This document shows positions 44,514 to 61,791 of a stretch of DNA of 64,000 nucleotides, piece after piece. The position numbers were made by a program, and so were the translations under genes. The stretch is from the human T2T-CHM13v2.0 reference genome, Homo sapiens. The stretch lies in NCBI RefSeq assembly GCF_009914755.1, contig NC_060930.1; one strand, 5' to 3'. Position 1 is the stretch's first letter, and the number at the start of each line of letters is the position of its first letter. Under the pieces are notes generated by a model. It searched no databases, had not been told where the DNA came from, and worked only from the letters and a program-made list of their open reading frames with translations.

Positions 44514-45870
44514 AGACAGATACAAAGAGAAGAGTAATTTTATTTAAAGGTTACTAAATTCTTGACTGACAGCTGGGTGGGAAGGGAGCTCATTTCCTTG
44601 GAAAATTTCTTATCCAAAAATTGCTTATTTTTTTAAACTAGAACACTTATTTCTTTCAAGAAAAATTTACAAATTATATCAGGTAAAGTTTTAATCCAAG
44701 ATCAAATTTGGGGTAATTTTTTCTTTATTTTTGATGATCCTAAGGAAAACTCCTTTTTTTTTTCATTTTAAGATTTTTTTTTTTAATCCTTAAAGCCGAC
44801 TTCGTAACTAATAAAAATGACAAAAGATGAGGTTTAAAATGTTTCAGAATCTTAGAAAACATCTTAGAACCACAATCCTTGACCTGTGTAATTCATCTTT
44901 TCCTTAGTTAGGAACCAGAAGTCCTTTGAAGTGCAGGCCCTTTCTCCACCGCCATTTGCATCCTTGTGCAAGGTCTGGACTATAGTTTTTTAGCATCTAC
45001 TGTTTATCAGGCACTTGACATAACATCAACTCATTTATTCTTCATAACAGCCTTGGAAGTGGCACTGATTATTTATACCCATTTTACAGATGAAGATAAT
45101 TTAGGTCTCAGAGAAATCAAGTGTCTACTTCTCAGTTTTTTCAACTACAGATTATTATCTTTCTGGCATATGATTTTTTATGTTAATGAGAGGAAATTTT
45201 TCTAGATTTTCATCTATTTCTTGATTTGGTTTGAATACTTTGAAATATATTTTATAAAGGTTCTTAAAGCTTCAATGACTTATTCAAAAAAAACTTCAGT
45301 GACTTATCTAGAAAATGAAAGAACCCTGATTCAAGTCCAGGTCTTCTGACTCTGAAACTTGGGTTTTTTTGCTACACTAAAAAGAATCAGGCTGTTTTGT
45401 GACATTTGAGTTTTCCACTATTTGAAAAAAGTATATGCTTCTTACAACCTCCGAGCTATTCTTGGTTCACACATTTTACTTATTCTTTAGCACTAGAAAC
45501 TTTTTTTTAAATGATTTTCTTCTTGATCATAAAAGTAATACAGTGGTTCAATATGTGGAATATGAACAAAATCCAAATCTCCCATAATCCTCCTGCTTAG
45601 AAAAGGACATGATACAGATTTTGGTATATTTACCTTGAGGTTTTGTTTATAAGGCATAGATATTTTAAGAACTGATATCCCATTATACCACATATACTTT
45701 TCTATACTTAAAATATCTGCCATTAGCTAACTGGATTACTTGTTTTGCCAGTTGCATTGTTATTATCACTTAAACTGATAGTGTGAATCAGCTTATTTTA
45801 CATCAATGTCTTCCTAGAGTAAAATTTAAAAAAAAAAAAACCTCAGAAAGCCATATATAAATTTTATTGC

Positions 45871-45906
45871 ATCACTTCTCAGTCTTTTGGCTAAGATCAA
45901 GTGTAG
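45871..45906 (+). pseudogene. 3'-truncated U2 snRNA retropseudogene (U2 nt 1-36)
   Basis: ATCACTTCTCAGTCTTTTGGCTAAGATCAAGTGTAG vs U2 ATCGCTTCTCGGCCTTTTGGCTAAGATCAAGTGTAG (33/36); flanking repeats attttattgc / actttattgt. Confidence 0.92.
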
Positions 45907-47583
45907 ACTTTATTGTAAACATTTTGTTAATTACCTTGAATACTTTATAATTTTTTTTTTTTCAGAAAAAAAAAAAACCACCTGCTATAGTTTTTTCTCT
46001 TGTTTTACCCCCAGGATTTCCCCTTGGGATTGGTTAATAAGAAACATGGAACATTTTCCCATGGGGATGTAGCTGGTATTAATGTAATGGAGATGTTAGT
46101 TGTGTTATTACCAGGGACACAAGTTTAAACTCTGGTTACCTGAACAAAAATGTCAGGCAGGAAGGAGCTCTCAGTTTTTGGGTGCCTCACCTTAGTGCAA
46201 TTGCAGGTCTAATAGTTATGCTTTTGCTTACCATCTGGCAGCCAGCTGAAAGATCTAGGAGAGAAAATGCTTCTGTTTTTTTTTTTTTCTTCTCAGTTTC
46301 TCCTATGTTCAAGATAGGTCTTGCTTGTTCATTCTATTTTAACACTTTTCTAATATATTTCAGGAGAAAATATTATGGAGGGATATCAAGCAAATATATT
46401 TGAAATACAGTAGAGTGCTTAGAATACTAGTTTAGTAGGTTCCTTCACCAGACGACTTGTGTACCATTTCTCATTTTAAAAGGTTTCCCTATAAGTAAGC
46501 AAAGAAGTGTTTTCTAAATAAAATAGTAAAGAGTTGTTTGCAACATTATTAAAGTAATTTTTAGTGTAGCTTTCTTAATTTGTCTTTTCTTTGAGACCCA
46601 ATTTGCTACCATAGCTTTGAATTATCTATCTCTCTCAAAATTACAACTTTTGGTGTTAGGGATGAGGAAAAGGAAGGCTGCTTAGCATTGTGCTTTTGCT
46701 TTATTTGCATAGACTGCATCTTGTTTTTCTCAAAATTGAAAGGTGCTTTAAAAATTAGTAACAAAATTACAATATTTACTCCTTAGTTCTGATGAACTAA
46801 TGAGTTTGAGTTATTTCATTTTCTAAGTTTAGCTCTAAAGGAAACACCTGCAACTAAAACTGTCGTTTCTGGGGGAGAAAATGGTGTGCACTTGGCGGTG
46901 TGCTGGCAGACAGCTGCCAACTGTTTCGAAAGTGTGTTCTCCTTCCCCCCTTCTGAGTCCTCTCCTAATAGCTATTCAAAGTGCTGTCCTGTCTCTACCT
47001 TTCTTCTTGTGTCACATATCCTGTCACCCCAATTTGTCATTCCCTGGACCCCTTTTAGCCACTTGCTGATTGATGAAACTTGGTTACCAACAAACTAACC
47101 TGAACAGCTTAGAAGTCTGCTCTTCCCTGGGAGTAGTTTCAGTTTCAAAAGTCAAGAATTGTCTGAGTTCAATACTTCTAAACAAATTTGTATTTTATTC
47201 ACGATTATAGCATCTACAAACTTCCAAAAAATATTGTCATAGATATGAAAAACATTCTTCAGTCTCCAGACAATGCACAGCATATACATGATTTATGAAA
47301 TTCTTACAGTAATTCTGCAGCCATGGGGCATTTCGACAATATTATTGTCTTCAGAACAATCAGCACTACACTGCTTCCCATTAAAACCCAAGTTACAATT
47401 ATAGGCAAACTTTGAATGATAACCACATCGTCAACTTCTCAAAAGTAGTCCTGTACTTTTTTCAGCACTAACCAACCAGAAGGTATAGGTATGCCACAAT
47501 TTGCCTTCTAGCATCTTGTGAGAAAATACTGGAGCCAGTTTAACTTCTTTGGGGAATTCAAGTTGGGTCTAGGTACAGATGCT

Positions 47584-47715
47584 GGCTGGGCGCGATGGCT
47601 CATACCTGTAATCCTAAAACTTTGGGAGGTGGAGGTGGAGGGGAGGATCGCTTGAGGCCAGAAATTCAAGACCAGCCTGGCTAACATGGTGAGACCCTGT
47701 CTCTATGCAAAAAAA
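47584..47715 (+). mobile_element. FLAM / Alu monomer
   Basis: TSD ggtacagatgct. Confidence 0.85.
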
Positions 47716-48594
47716 GGGGGTGGGTACAGATGCTATTAAATAGTAATATATACCATATATGCAGAATGGAAAGCAAAATTTTTCCAAAAATATCATTCCT
47801 CAGAAAAGAGAGTCACCTTGTGTTTTTGTCTTTGTCCTTTTTGAACAAAATACTCTTCAGGAAGACAATATGTCGTGAAAGGGTCACAAGTAATGGCAAT
47901 TTTCTGTCTTATAAAGGTCACCTAGCAAAATCAGGGGAAAAAAGGCAAAGACATATTGATTAATTATTCCTGAGGGTATGACTTTGGATAACAAGTATTG
48001 GAGATCATTAAGTAGGCTTTTAAATAATTATTGAACAGAGAAATACAAGAAGTACTTATTTATGGTGATTATGAATATGTAGGAAAAAAACCCTGATGTT
48101 TAACAAGTGGTTCTCGAGATGTAGTAAAATCTCCACTGACAGCATTCTACTCAATGTAAGGCATGCTCTACCTTAGATAACTAGGAGGGAACTGTTAGAG
48201 GACTCACAATGTTGTTTCAGTGATGATAGAGACCCAGTTGTAAACGATGCATGTGAAGTATTTGAATAAAATTGTTTGAGGAAAAACCAATTTTTCTAAA
48301 TTAGTACCATTTGCATAATTTGTGCTATTAGATGTAAATGAGTATTTAAATACTGAATCAATAAATGGTTTAAATAGACTTAAAATTATTTACATTCACA
48401 AAAGTCTACATTTGAAATATAGGTTAAATAATATAAACTCTTAAAGCTGCATAATCAAGTTGGAAAAAATGCTAACACTTGGGGTGTTGATGTGTATGTA
48501 GGTATGGAGGATGCAAGAAAGCTCCCCTAGGTGATTGCAACCCTAATCCCCTACCATTTCCCCTCCCTATCCCTTTAAACAACTACAGAGAAAA

Positions 48595-48765
48595 CAGTGT
48601 CTCACAAATTATAAGAATTGTTTAGGGTCCTTATTTAAAAATACAGATTTCTGTATTTCTCCCTGGAGATTCTGATTCAAGAAGACCGGGATGGGGCTGG
48701 GAATCTGCATCCTTAAGCACTCTAGATGATTCATAAAATCAGGTAACTTTGGAAAATATGGGCCT
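48595..48765. mobile_element. MER5-like DNA transposon remnant
   Basis: cagtgtctcacaaa...ggagattctgattca...ggaatctgcat...tttggaaaatatgg. Confidence 0.6.
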
Positions 48766-49408
48766 AGAGCATTAAATGAAACAGTACTATGTGTATTGGT
48801 GGCACCGTTTCTTGCACCTTATAAAGCTAAGTGAATTCCTTCCTCTCCTACGGAGATGGAAAGATACATAGGACTGTCTCCCGCAGTCACCCCCTTTACT
48901 GCACTGCTTCCCAGGGAAAAGAAACAAAAGCCTAATTACCAAGGCCACCTTATAAGCAGTCTGGGAGAAGGCCAGAATTAGTTCCAAGTTATTGGCTATC
49001 TAGGTGAGGAAAGTTGAGTACTATGGGGCTTAGCTCTCTGCAAAGCCAGAGGGGAGAAAACTGAGTAGCAGCCCTCTTAGGGACTTAGGCAATAATGAAA
49101 GCAGAAGGCAAACAAAAGCAGCTTGTAGGAATGGAATTCTCCACGTGGTGATGAGGGTTAGCATGGGACTGAGGTTTAAATTGCTCTATCATAGTTGGCC
49201 TTTCATGAGAGGGGGATTGGTTTCATGACTCTCAATTTTGGAAGAATAGAATAACCCTGCTGGCCCCAGGAGCTTATTAGGAAAGATTGAGGAAGCAAGA
49301 TGGTCAAGGTCTCAGGCAGCTGGACACCAGTTAATGCCCCCACCCTCCTGAGTGTAGTCACTGGATCAGCTCCCTTTCAAAATAGCACAAAAGGGCAAAC
49401 TCATGGAT

Positions 49409-49712
<304 letters not shown>

Positions 49713-50987
49713 AAACTCATGGATTCTTGATAACGGATAAGACCAATGTCATCTGAATTAACAAAGGACCCCTTAGGAGTCAGACATGAGCTCATGAGTC
49801 ACTAAACTCCATGTAACGCTATCATATTATAGTCAAGGATAGAGTCTGTAATAAAAATGATCCTCTCAGGCCTACAACCCCATCAACCCTTCACCCGTAA
49901 TACAACCCAGCATACAAAAATACCCAAGGATGGCAGTGAAAAGAAAAACCACTTTAGTAAACACTAGAAGGCCATGATCAAATGAAAGAAAAATTCAGGA
50001 ACTTACTCAGAATTTCCCATTTGTTAAGATCTCTTAATTAACAGAGAAGGAAAAGATTTTAGGTTGGAAAGAAAATCCTTAGATATTTCTGATGTGGCCA
50101 ATGGGTTCATTCTAACACTACTTTACAAACCACAGGTTGTGACTCATTAGTGGATTGTGAGATCTTTTTAAAAAAAGCAAATGAAAGAGAAAATACCAGA
50201 ATGCATTGCATGTAGAGAGGATATAACTTGGTAAGTTTTTTTTAGTAACATTTGTATGAGTGTGTGATAGTTTGCAATGTGAACTGTATTTATTGTGGCT
50301 CACAATAACAAGTTTAAAATTGATTTCATAAAGGTGAACTACAGTTCTGTCCCAGGGCAATTTTATCTAGCGTTCAAACATGGCTTCAGGCATGAGTTCA
50401 CATGGACGTTCTACTTTTTAAAGATGGTTTAGTTTTTCAAGATTGAATATGAGAACCACACTTCATCTCAGCTTTAACTGCTAAATCATTTATTGAAACC
50501 ATAAATGTAATATTCTACAAAGAAAAGACTATTGACTTGTAAATATTTGTTGCACTGTTCTAACAATATTGTTTTGGATTTTTTTTTAAATCATGGAATT
50601 AAGTTGTTTCTTGGAATAATATGATACTTCAAATTGGTATCTTAAAATCATGAACGAGACTACTAGAGCTTATATTTTCACTTTCCCAGGACTATTGCAA
50701 AATACTGATGATACAACTGAAATAAGATCACTGCCTGAACTTAACTGTAATTTATGATAAAAGTAGGTCTTTTGAGGACCTCTAGGACAAGTATGACACA
50801 TTTTAAAATCACCCAGCCTTTCAAAATTCTGAATGATGTGAAAGAGTTCTGCATTTACCATCAGATTTTTCTCACATATTCTACTGTTCCTGATGACATG
50901 TTAAGAGAATATAAACATTCTTAGGCGACACTCTTATAAATAGTTCCCTGGTACGAACAGATTGAAAAGGGTAGAAAAGTAAAATAA

Positions 50988-51289
<302 letters not shown>

Positions 51290-52102
51290 AAATAAACTTT
51301 TTATTAAATCCAATTCTGGAAGTGATATTGATGTCATACATGTATTAAGCTGGAAAAGTATGAATATTAAAATAACATTTAAAACTTCCTACTTTTAAGA
51401 TAATTCACCTCTTAATTACAAGGAAAAGCACTACATGTCAATAAACATTTCGAATTTACAGCCTACTTCTTCTATTTAGTCTTACATTAAATTAATAGTA
51501 AATATAGCTATTGATCTATTGGTTGAACAACTCAATTTCTTGGATGCTAGTTATTATCCATGGTCTCTGCTGCGCACAGTGGTAAAGTCCTACACAACTG
51601 CAGTTCTAAAAACTGACATCTATAAGGACCTATCAAAAATTAGTTTATTTTTCATTATTTTTAGATATTAAAATCCTTTCATCTCCAGTATCTGCCTTTT
51701 AGCCATTTCTCTAGCACAGAGTCTGGAATATAATTGGAACCCTATAAATATCTGTTGGATAAAAGAACATTGTTAATTTCCCTCAGAAAGTCACACCATC
51801 ATAGGAGATTTAGCAATCATTATTGACAAAAGAATCAAAACTCATGGCTCCTTTTATTTACCCCACACTCTTTTGGTCATGCTTGTCCTCAACACATTGA
51901 GGGAGAATAAACCAAGTCCGGAGATGCAGCAAGGCCAGGGAGCAGGGTCTTGTGAACTCTGCTAAGGAGTTTGGGCTGATATCTAGGAGTCATGGAGAGC
52001 TTCAGACCTGGAGGGTGTTAAGCAAGGAAGCTTAAGAAGGTCAGGAAGCAAGGAAGGTCAGAATTGTGGTGGTTGAGAGAGGCCACTCGGGGTCTGTATG
52101 AA

Positions 52103-52146
52103 GGATGGATGGATGGATGGATGGATGGATGGATGGATGGATGGAT
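52103..52146 (+). repeat. (GGAT)11 microsatellite
   Basis: Perfect tetranucleotide run. Confidence 0.95.
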
Positions 52147-52185
52147 GAATGGGGTAGAGAGACACTGGTTAAATAGCTACTGAAA

Positions 52186-52488
52186 GGTCCGATGCAGTTG
52201 CTCATGTCTATAATCCAAGCACTTTGGGAGCCCAAGATGGGAGGATCACTTGAGCCCAGGAGTTTGAGACCAGCCTGGGCAACATAGCGACATTCCATCT
52301 CTACAAAAAAACAAACAAAAATTAGCCAGGTGTGGTGGTGCACACCTGTAGTCCTAGCTACTTGGGAGGCTGAAGCAGGAGAATCACTTGGGCCTAGGAG
52401 TTTGAGGTTATGGTATGCTGGGATCATGCCACTGCACTCCAGCATGGGCAACATAATGAGACTGTCTCTCAAAAAAAAAAAAAAAAAT
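52186..52488 (+). mobile_element. AluJ
   Basis: Diverged dimer. Confidence 0.9.
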
Positions 52489-53949
52489 ACTGAAATCCAA
52501 GTAAAAAGGAGATGGTGGTCTAAACCAAGATAATGGCAGAGGAGATGGAGAGAACAGATTCAATAGACCTTTGTAAGGCTGAGCTGAAAGAACCGAGTGA
52601 CTGACTGCAGGTGAACAGGAGGGGAGGGAAGAGTCAAGAATGAGGCCCAAGTGTCTGGCAGAAGCACAGGGAGGAAAGTCACACCATCATAGGTGATTTA
52701 GCAAGAAGGAAGCCAATTTTAGACATATTAGATTTGAGGCTTTTCACCTATAGAAGATTCTAGCAAAAGCATGCTAGTTGCAATTTAAGATATAGATCTG
52801 AAGGTCAAAAAAGAATTAGGATGGAAATATACCTTTTTGGATTTTATTCCAGATCAGTATTTTATTTTTTTTACATATATTGAAATCTCAAGGTAAAAAG
52901 TTGAATACAGTTAAGACCAAAGGCTTATTCTTAGATTTCTGAGCTTGAAATATACTATTGCCTATTAGAAAACCAAATGGCTATAAAAGGTATTTATATT
53001 TTCTTTAGATATTTAGACACTTAATACCATCTTCAGCATTAGAGTTATTTAATGGTTTAGGAATAAAAATGCATGATCTTTGACTTTCTTCTCTGGGTGA
53101 AGTACATTTAGAAGACTGCTCCTATTGGTTCTATAAATATGCCAGGGGAGCTCATGTAAGAATAGGTACTTCTCAATATGCCAGCATTCATGCCCATGTA
53201 GTAATTAGTAGTTTAGGTGGATAAACTCCAATGTATCTGGTGGGCTCTGACACACTCTCCTGAATACCGCCCTCCTTTTGCATCCTCAAATGGCATGGCA
53301 CACCCCATAGTCTTAGTCCACCAGACAAATCCTCTAAGTGCCCCTCTTCATATTTGTGAAAGGAAGGTATTTTTTTTAAAACATTTGGTGAAGCTGCTTA
53401 TAGTTGTAGTTGGGAAAGTGGGCTTACTAGCTATATGATCTTGAGCAAGTTATTATTTCATCTTTTTGACCTTGGTTGCCTCATCTGAAAAATAGAAATG
53501 GTAACAGTACTTACCTCTTGGATTTATGAATTTTAGTTATGCAAAAGTACTTCAGAGCAGTGCCTGCGGCATATTGTGTGTACTCAATCAGTATCTGTTA
53601 TTACTAAATACTTCTGTTGAAGACAAAATTTTCTTTCTCTTAAGCTCAACATCACTACTGATGGAAAATCTTGGAAATAATTATTTCAGATCAGGTTTTC
53701 CAACCAGGAACAGGATTTCATATTTGAGATATAACATCTAATGCTAGCCCCTCTCTGAGAACTCCTAGGGGATCTGAAAAAGGTCATTGTAGGATGGAAT
53801 CTTACTAAGCAAAGTTAAGAATGATAAGGTAAACTGTTAGGAAAAGGATTTCCATATGACTAGGGGATTAGGGCCACAGCAGCAAGAGTTAATATCTGAA
53901 GTTTACTGAAGTAACAGTTCTACAGCCCTAACTGGCATGTACCCATCAA

Positions 53950-57410
<3,461 letters not shown>

Positions 57411-57562
57411 CTACAGCAGCACTCTAGGGGTCCCATTAGGGGTGGCTCTCTTTTTCTTCTGCAGCCGATTCTGAACCTTTCGAGATTTTACTACTTTCAT
57501 TCTCACCTCAAAAACTTCATGAATGGCCTTCCGGAAGCAATGAAAATTATAGTCAATTAGCC
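57411..57562 (-). CDS. RRAGD: RRAGD last coding exon ([50 protein letters not shown])
   Basis: ccag|GG acceptor in phase with the upstream exon; TAG at 57413-57411; recognised RagD C-terminus. Confidence 0.95.
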
Positions 57563-57643
57563 CTGGAGAAGAGAACAAAAATATTTATAAATGTCACGTA
57601 GAAATAATCTCCATCTTTTCATGGGACCCATGGCCAGGACAAG

Positions 57644-57657
57644 CCAGTAGGGGGCAG
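57644..57657 (+). promoter_or_regulatory. CTCF motif CCAGTAGGGGGCAG
   Basis: Full match to the CCASYAGRKGGCRS consensus. Confidence 0.6.
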
Positions 57658-58816
57658 TAGAGGATGGTCTTAGCGTAAGGACCAGAGATTTCCCTGGGAT
57701 GTCTGCAGCTGGCCTTCAGAAATTGCTATAAATCTTTAGGAATTATAGGCAAAGTCTTGTGAAGGAAGATTTTTCCTGATGCAAGGTTGCAGAGCATAGA
57801 CCATATTTTCAAAGGTTCCTATGACCCAAAAGATTTAAAGAACGACTGAACTGAACTTTTTTTTTAACCTTTCAGAATTAAAGATTTCTTACAATTAAGA
57901 GAAATCTGTAATGAAAAATGTTTCTCCCCAAAGGGCATTATTAGACTGAGTAGAGGCAGATCCTGACTTGGGATCCCAAAGCTGTGTATCAATCAATAAA
58001 TATTTACTGAGTATCTATTATATTTAAACCATTCTCATAAGCCCGAGGGAAAGCGAAGCCCCTAATTTTAGAGTGTTAACAGTCATCTCGCCAACTCCAG
58101 CAGAAATTCAACAACCAATGACACTCAGCTTTTCAGTATTAAGTATTTTAAGTGGAGAAATAGTAGGAGGGAATCTTCTTGTGTTTTCAGAAATGTATCA
58201 GTGACACAAAAAATAGAATAAAAGATAATCCAAAGTCTTGATGAGTGCATTTTTCATCATTACTAGTAATTTGTAAAAGTCCTGAGAGCAACATTATGTT
58301 TACACCAATTAGGATAAGGTGGTCAGTTCTATTTACTATCTTTGAATTTATTAAAATAACTAGCCCAACAATTATTTCTATCTATCAGTGGATGCTTCTA
58401 GAGCCGCGTCCAAAGGAAGAATTAGGATTCCGGCCAAGGATTAAATTCTTCAAACTAGTTATACAACTAACTGCAAGGGGAGGGCGGGGAGGGCACCGTC
58501 TCGGTTTCCAGGAGCAGGAAAACCTCTGAGTAGTGCCCTCTGCTGCTTCTGCAGAGAGAGTGAACCACTAGTGCAGTAAAACCAGGAGTCAATTTCCTCA
58601 AGGAAAGACCAATGTCACAAGCAAGGGGAAAAGTAATAAAAACAAAGGAGCAAAGGAACGATTTTTAAATGGCAATTTGAATATGAGATGTGAGAGCCTC
58701 AAGATTCTCTGCTTTTATGTGCAACAAACTGTCTTAAAAAGCTTAGCTAAAAGAACTTGGCTCAATGAGAAGGGTACAATGAAATACTCAACTTGGGAAA
58801 TTTCAGACATATCCTG

Positions 58817-59060
58817 TTCTTATTTCTGAGGCAGGGTCTCACTCTGTCATCCAGGTGGGAGTGCAAGGCTCAATCACAGCTCATTGCAGTCTCAACCTCC
58901 TGGGCTCAAGCAATCCTCCCACCTCATTTTTGAATTTTTCCTAGAGATGAGGTCTCACTATGTTGCCCAGGATGGTCTTGAACCTCTAGGCTCAAGCAAT
59001 CCTTCCACTTTGGCCTCCCAAAGTGCTGGGATCATAGGCATGAACCACTGGCACCCGCCC
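58817..59060 (-). mobile_element. AluJ (internally deleted)
   Basis: Antisense Alu. Confidence 0.85.
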
Positions 59061-60560
59061 CTATTGTTCTTGACAAACCTTAACTTACATATCTTTGCAC
59101 ATTTCAAAATGTAACAGTAATCTTGCTGTGTTTGGAATTTTAAGTAAAAGTTCACAACTGAGGCTTTTTAAAGACAGTAAATATCCATAAACAGTGTTTG
59201 CTATTTCAACCCTCATGAAAAGTTTTTGAAAATACATGAACAGAGACATAAACAAAATAAACACTCTCTTCACCCCACCTACAGTTCATAAGGCCCCACA
59301 TCCTTCTCTGGTTCAGGAGTTCTCAACCCTAGCTGCACAATAAAAACACCCAGGCACCAGGCACACCAGGAGGCCAGGCACAGCACAGCACTTCGGGAGG
59401 CTGAGCAGGGAGGATCACTTGAGGCCAGCAACCTTTAGCCCTGACTGCCATAAAGTGGTGGTGTGATGTTGAGAGAAAGTCATTTATATTTTCTAGGCCT
59501 GAGTAAAATCATCTGTGACATGAGAGGGTGAAACAAGGTGTATTCCTGTCTATCTTTAAAATTCCGTGATCTATTATATAATCTGTTCTTGTTTCTAGCA
59601 AGATGAAAATAAGGAGTAAAAGATGAACACCATTTAATTTACAGTTCTGAGGCCAAAGGACACAAAAGGCAATTTGGTCAGTCATGGTACACACAGGAAA
59701 AATACAGGACATCACTAAGCAGCAAGAAAATGTAAATTCACATAATATACCAGTTTTCAGTTAACAACTTTTAAAAATACTAATACCCAATATTGATAAG
59801 AACACAGCAAAATAAGTATTCATATTCTCTTCGCAGCATAAAACCAGAAAATCTTTCTGAAGAACATTTTGGTAATATGCATTAGAAGCCCCCAAAATGG
59901 GCCTACCCTTTTGATCTAAGTAATTCCACTTTAAATTTTTCCTTAGGAAACAACCAAAGATGCACATAAATATTTAGTGCAAAAGAGGTCATAATGATAT
60001 TATTTATAACATTAAAATCTAGAAACAACATAGATGTCTGAAAATAGAAGAATCTAATACAATCATTAAAATGATGTGGTTAAAAAAAGACGGTGAATTG
60101 GAAACATGTCTGTAATAATTTAAGTGAAGGTTATAAAGTAGAATTCATCATACAATCTATCATAGTCCTTTTAGAAAATGCATATGCAAGAAAGGACTGG
60201 AAAAGTATACAGGAAATGTTAAGAGTAGTTATCTGAATGAGAAACATCGATAATTATTGTTTTTTTGCTAAATATTATTTCTAAATTTTCTAAAAGAATC
60301 TATTACTTTTCTGATAAAAATAAACAATGTAAATTAAGTTTTCATGGCCAATGAATTAGGAAAATTTCATGATATACGTAAGTGAAATATATGTAATATA
60401 AAATATAAATATTTTCATATTTGTATTAAATATAAAACTATATTAGAATATAAAACTATATTAGACAATATGGCCCCAGTTTTGTTGGAAGGAAGGAAAA
60501 AAAGGAATGAAGGAAGGGAGAAAAGGAGCGAGGGTAGGAGGGAGAGGAAATAAGAGAGAA

Positions 60561-60848
60561 GGGGCAGACGTGGTGGCTCACTCCTTTAATCCCAGCACTT
60601 TGGGATGTCGAGGTGGGAGGATCACTTGAGCCGAGGAGTTTGAGACCAGCCTAGGAAACATGGTGAGACCCCAATCTCTACCAAAAACAAAAAAAAATTC
60701 CAGGTTGTTGACATGTGTCTGTGGTCCTAGCTACATGGGAGGATGAGGTGGGAGGATCACTTGGGCCCGGGTGGTCAAAGCTGCAGAAAGCCATGACTGT
60801 GCCACTGCACTCCAGCCTAAGTAACAGAGCGAGATCCTGTCTCAAAAA
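60561..60848 (+). mobile_element. AluJ
   Basis: Diverged dimer. Confidence 0.88.
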
Positions 60849-61791
60849 AGAGAGAGAAAGGGAGAAAGAAAATCCCAGAAATTTAACATGGGTTTAGCTC
60901 TAGATGGTGAAATACCTGGTTTTATTCTACATACTTTCCTAAATTTTCAAAGCATTTTTAATTTAATGGGCTTATATTGCTTATAATATAGAAGAAAAAG
61001 GCTATTTCAGGATATGTTACTATAACATATTCAGGATATGTAACTATTTGTTGGAGATTTTCTTTTACCCAACAAATTAGTAAACCATACCCTATTACTA
61101 ACAAAAGTCCCTAGCCATATCAGTAAGCTAGGGACTTCTGTTAGTAACTTTTGTTTAGATATTATAGAAGGGGGAAATTAGTTTAATTGCTTTTGTTTCA
61201 AAATAAAACTGAATTTGATCCTAAAAAAAATTTGGTGGAGTTAAATATATTCATGGTCTTCCCTTTCCGGAATCATGATGCCATCCCTGTGTTCTGAAGA
61301 TTTAAGAAGTATTTTGAGGCTGAACAGAAGTCAAACCACCTGTTGTCCCCTCCTTTACATGGGAAGAACAAAAGATCACACGGTTACCTAAGACCTTCTA
61401 GAGGTGTGGAGCAAAGTGGAGACCTCCACCCTCAGTATAGGCTGGGAGTCTGCTCCCTGGTAAGAGACTTCATTCACAGCCTGGCAACAGTGCCCCAACT
61501 AGCTTCCCCCTAGCAGAGATGCCAAGGCCCCTGGGAGGATCATGGGGTTCCACTTCCACCTCGCTGCAATCGCAGATGCACCACTAGAGGGCAGGCCAGT
61601 TCACTGGCCCAGAAGCTGACACTGGGGGCAGGAGCCCGCCCCGCTCTGAACTCCAAGCCAAGAGGGCCTGTGACTGGCATCTGGAAGTTTCGAGGGCTAT
61701 GCTGTTGTCCACCCACATTCAACAAACAATACATGCAGTAGCAGTCTGATGCTTCTTTTAATGCTTCTTTTAAATCACACCAAAAAGTTAC

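Noticed and set aside
47160-47560. Possible processed pseudogene or transposase fragment
   Set aside because: Manual inspection of the minus strand gave no recognisable protein; a tBLASTx/Dfam search would be needed
57593-57600. Possible TFEB CLEAR site (RRAGD is a MiT/TFE target)
   Set aside because: GTCACGTA lacks the full CACGTG E-box
61581-61594. CTCF-like CCACTAGAGGGGCA
   Set aside because: An extra G displaces the conserved C; weaker than the 57644 site
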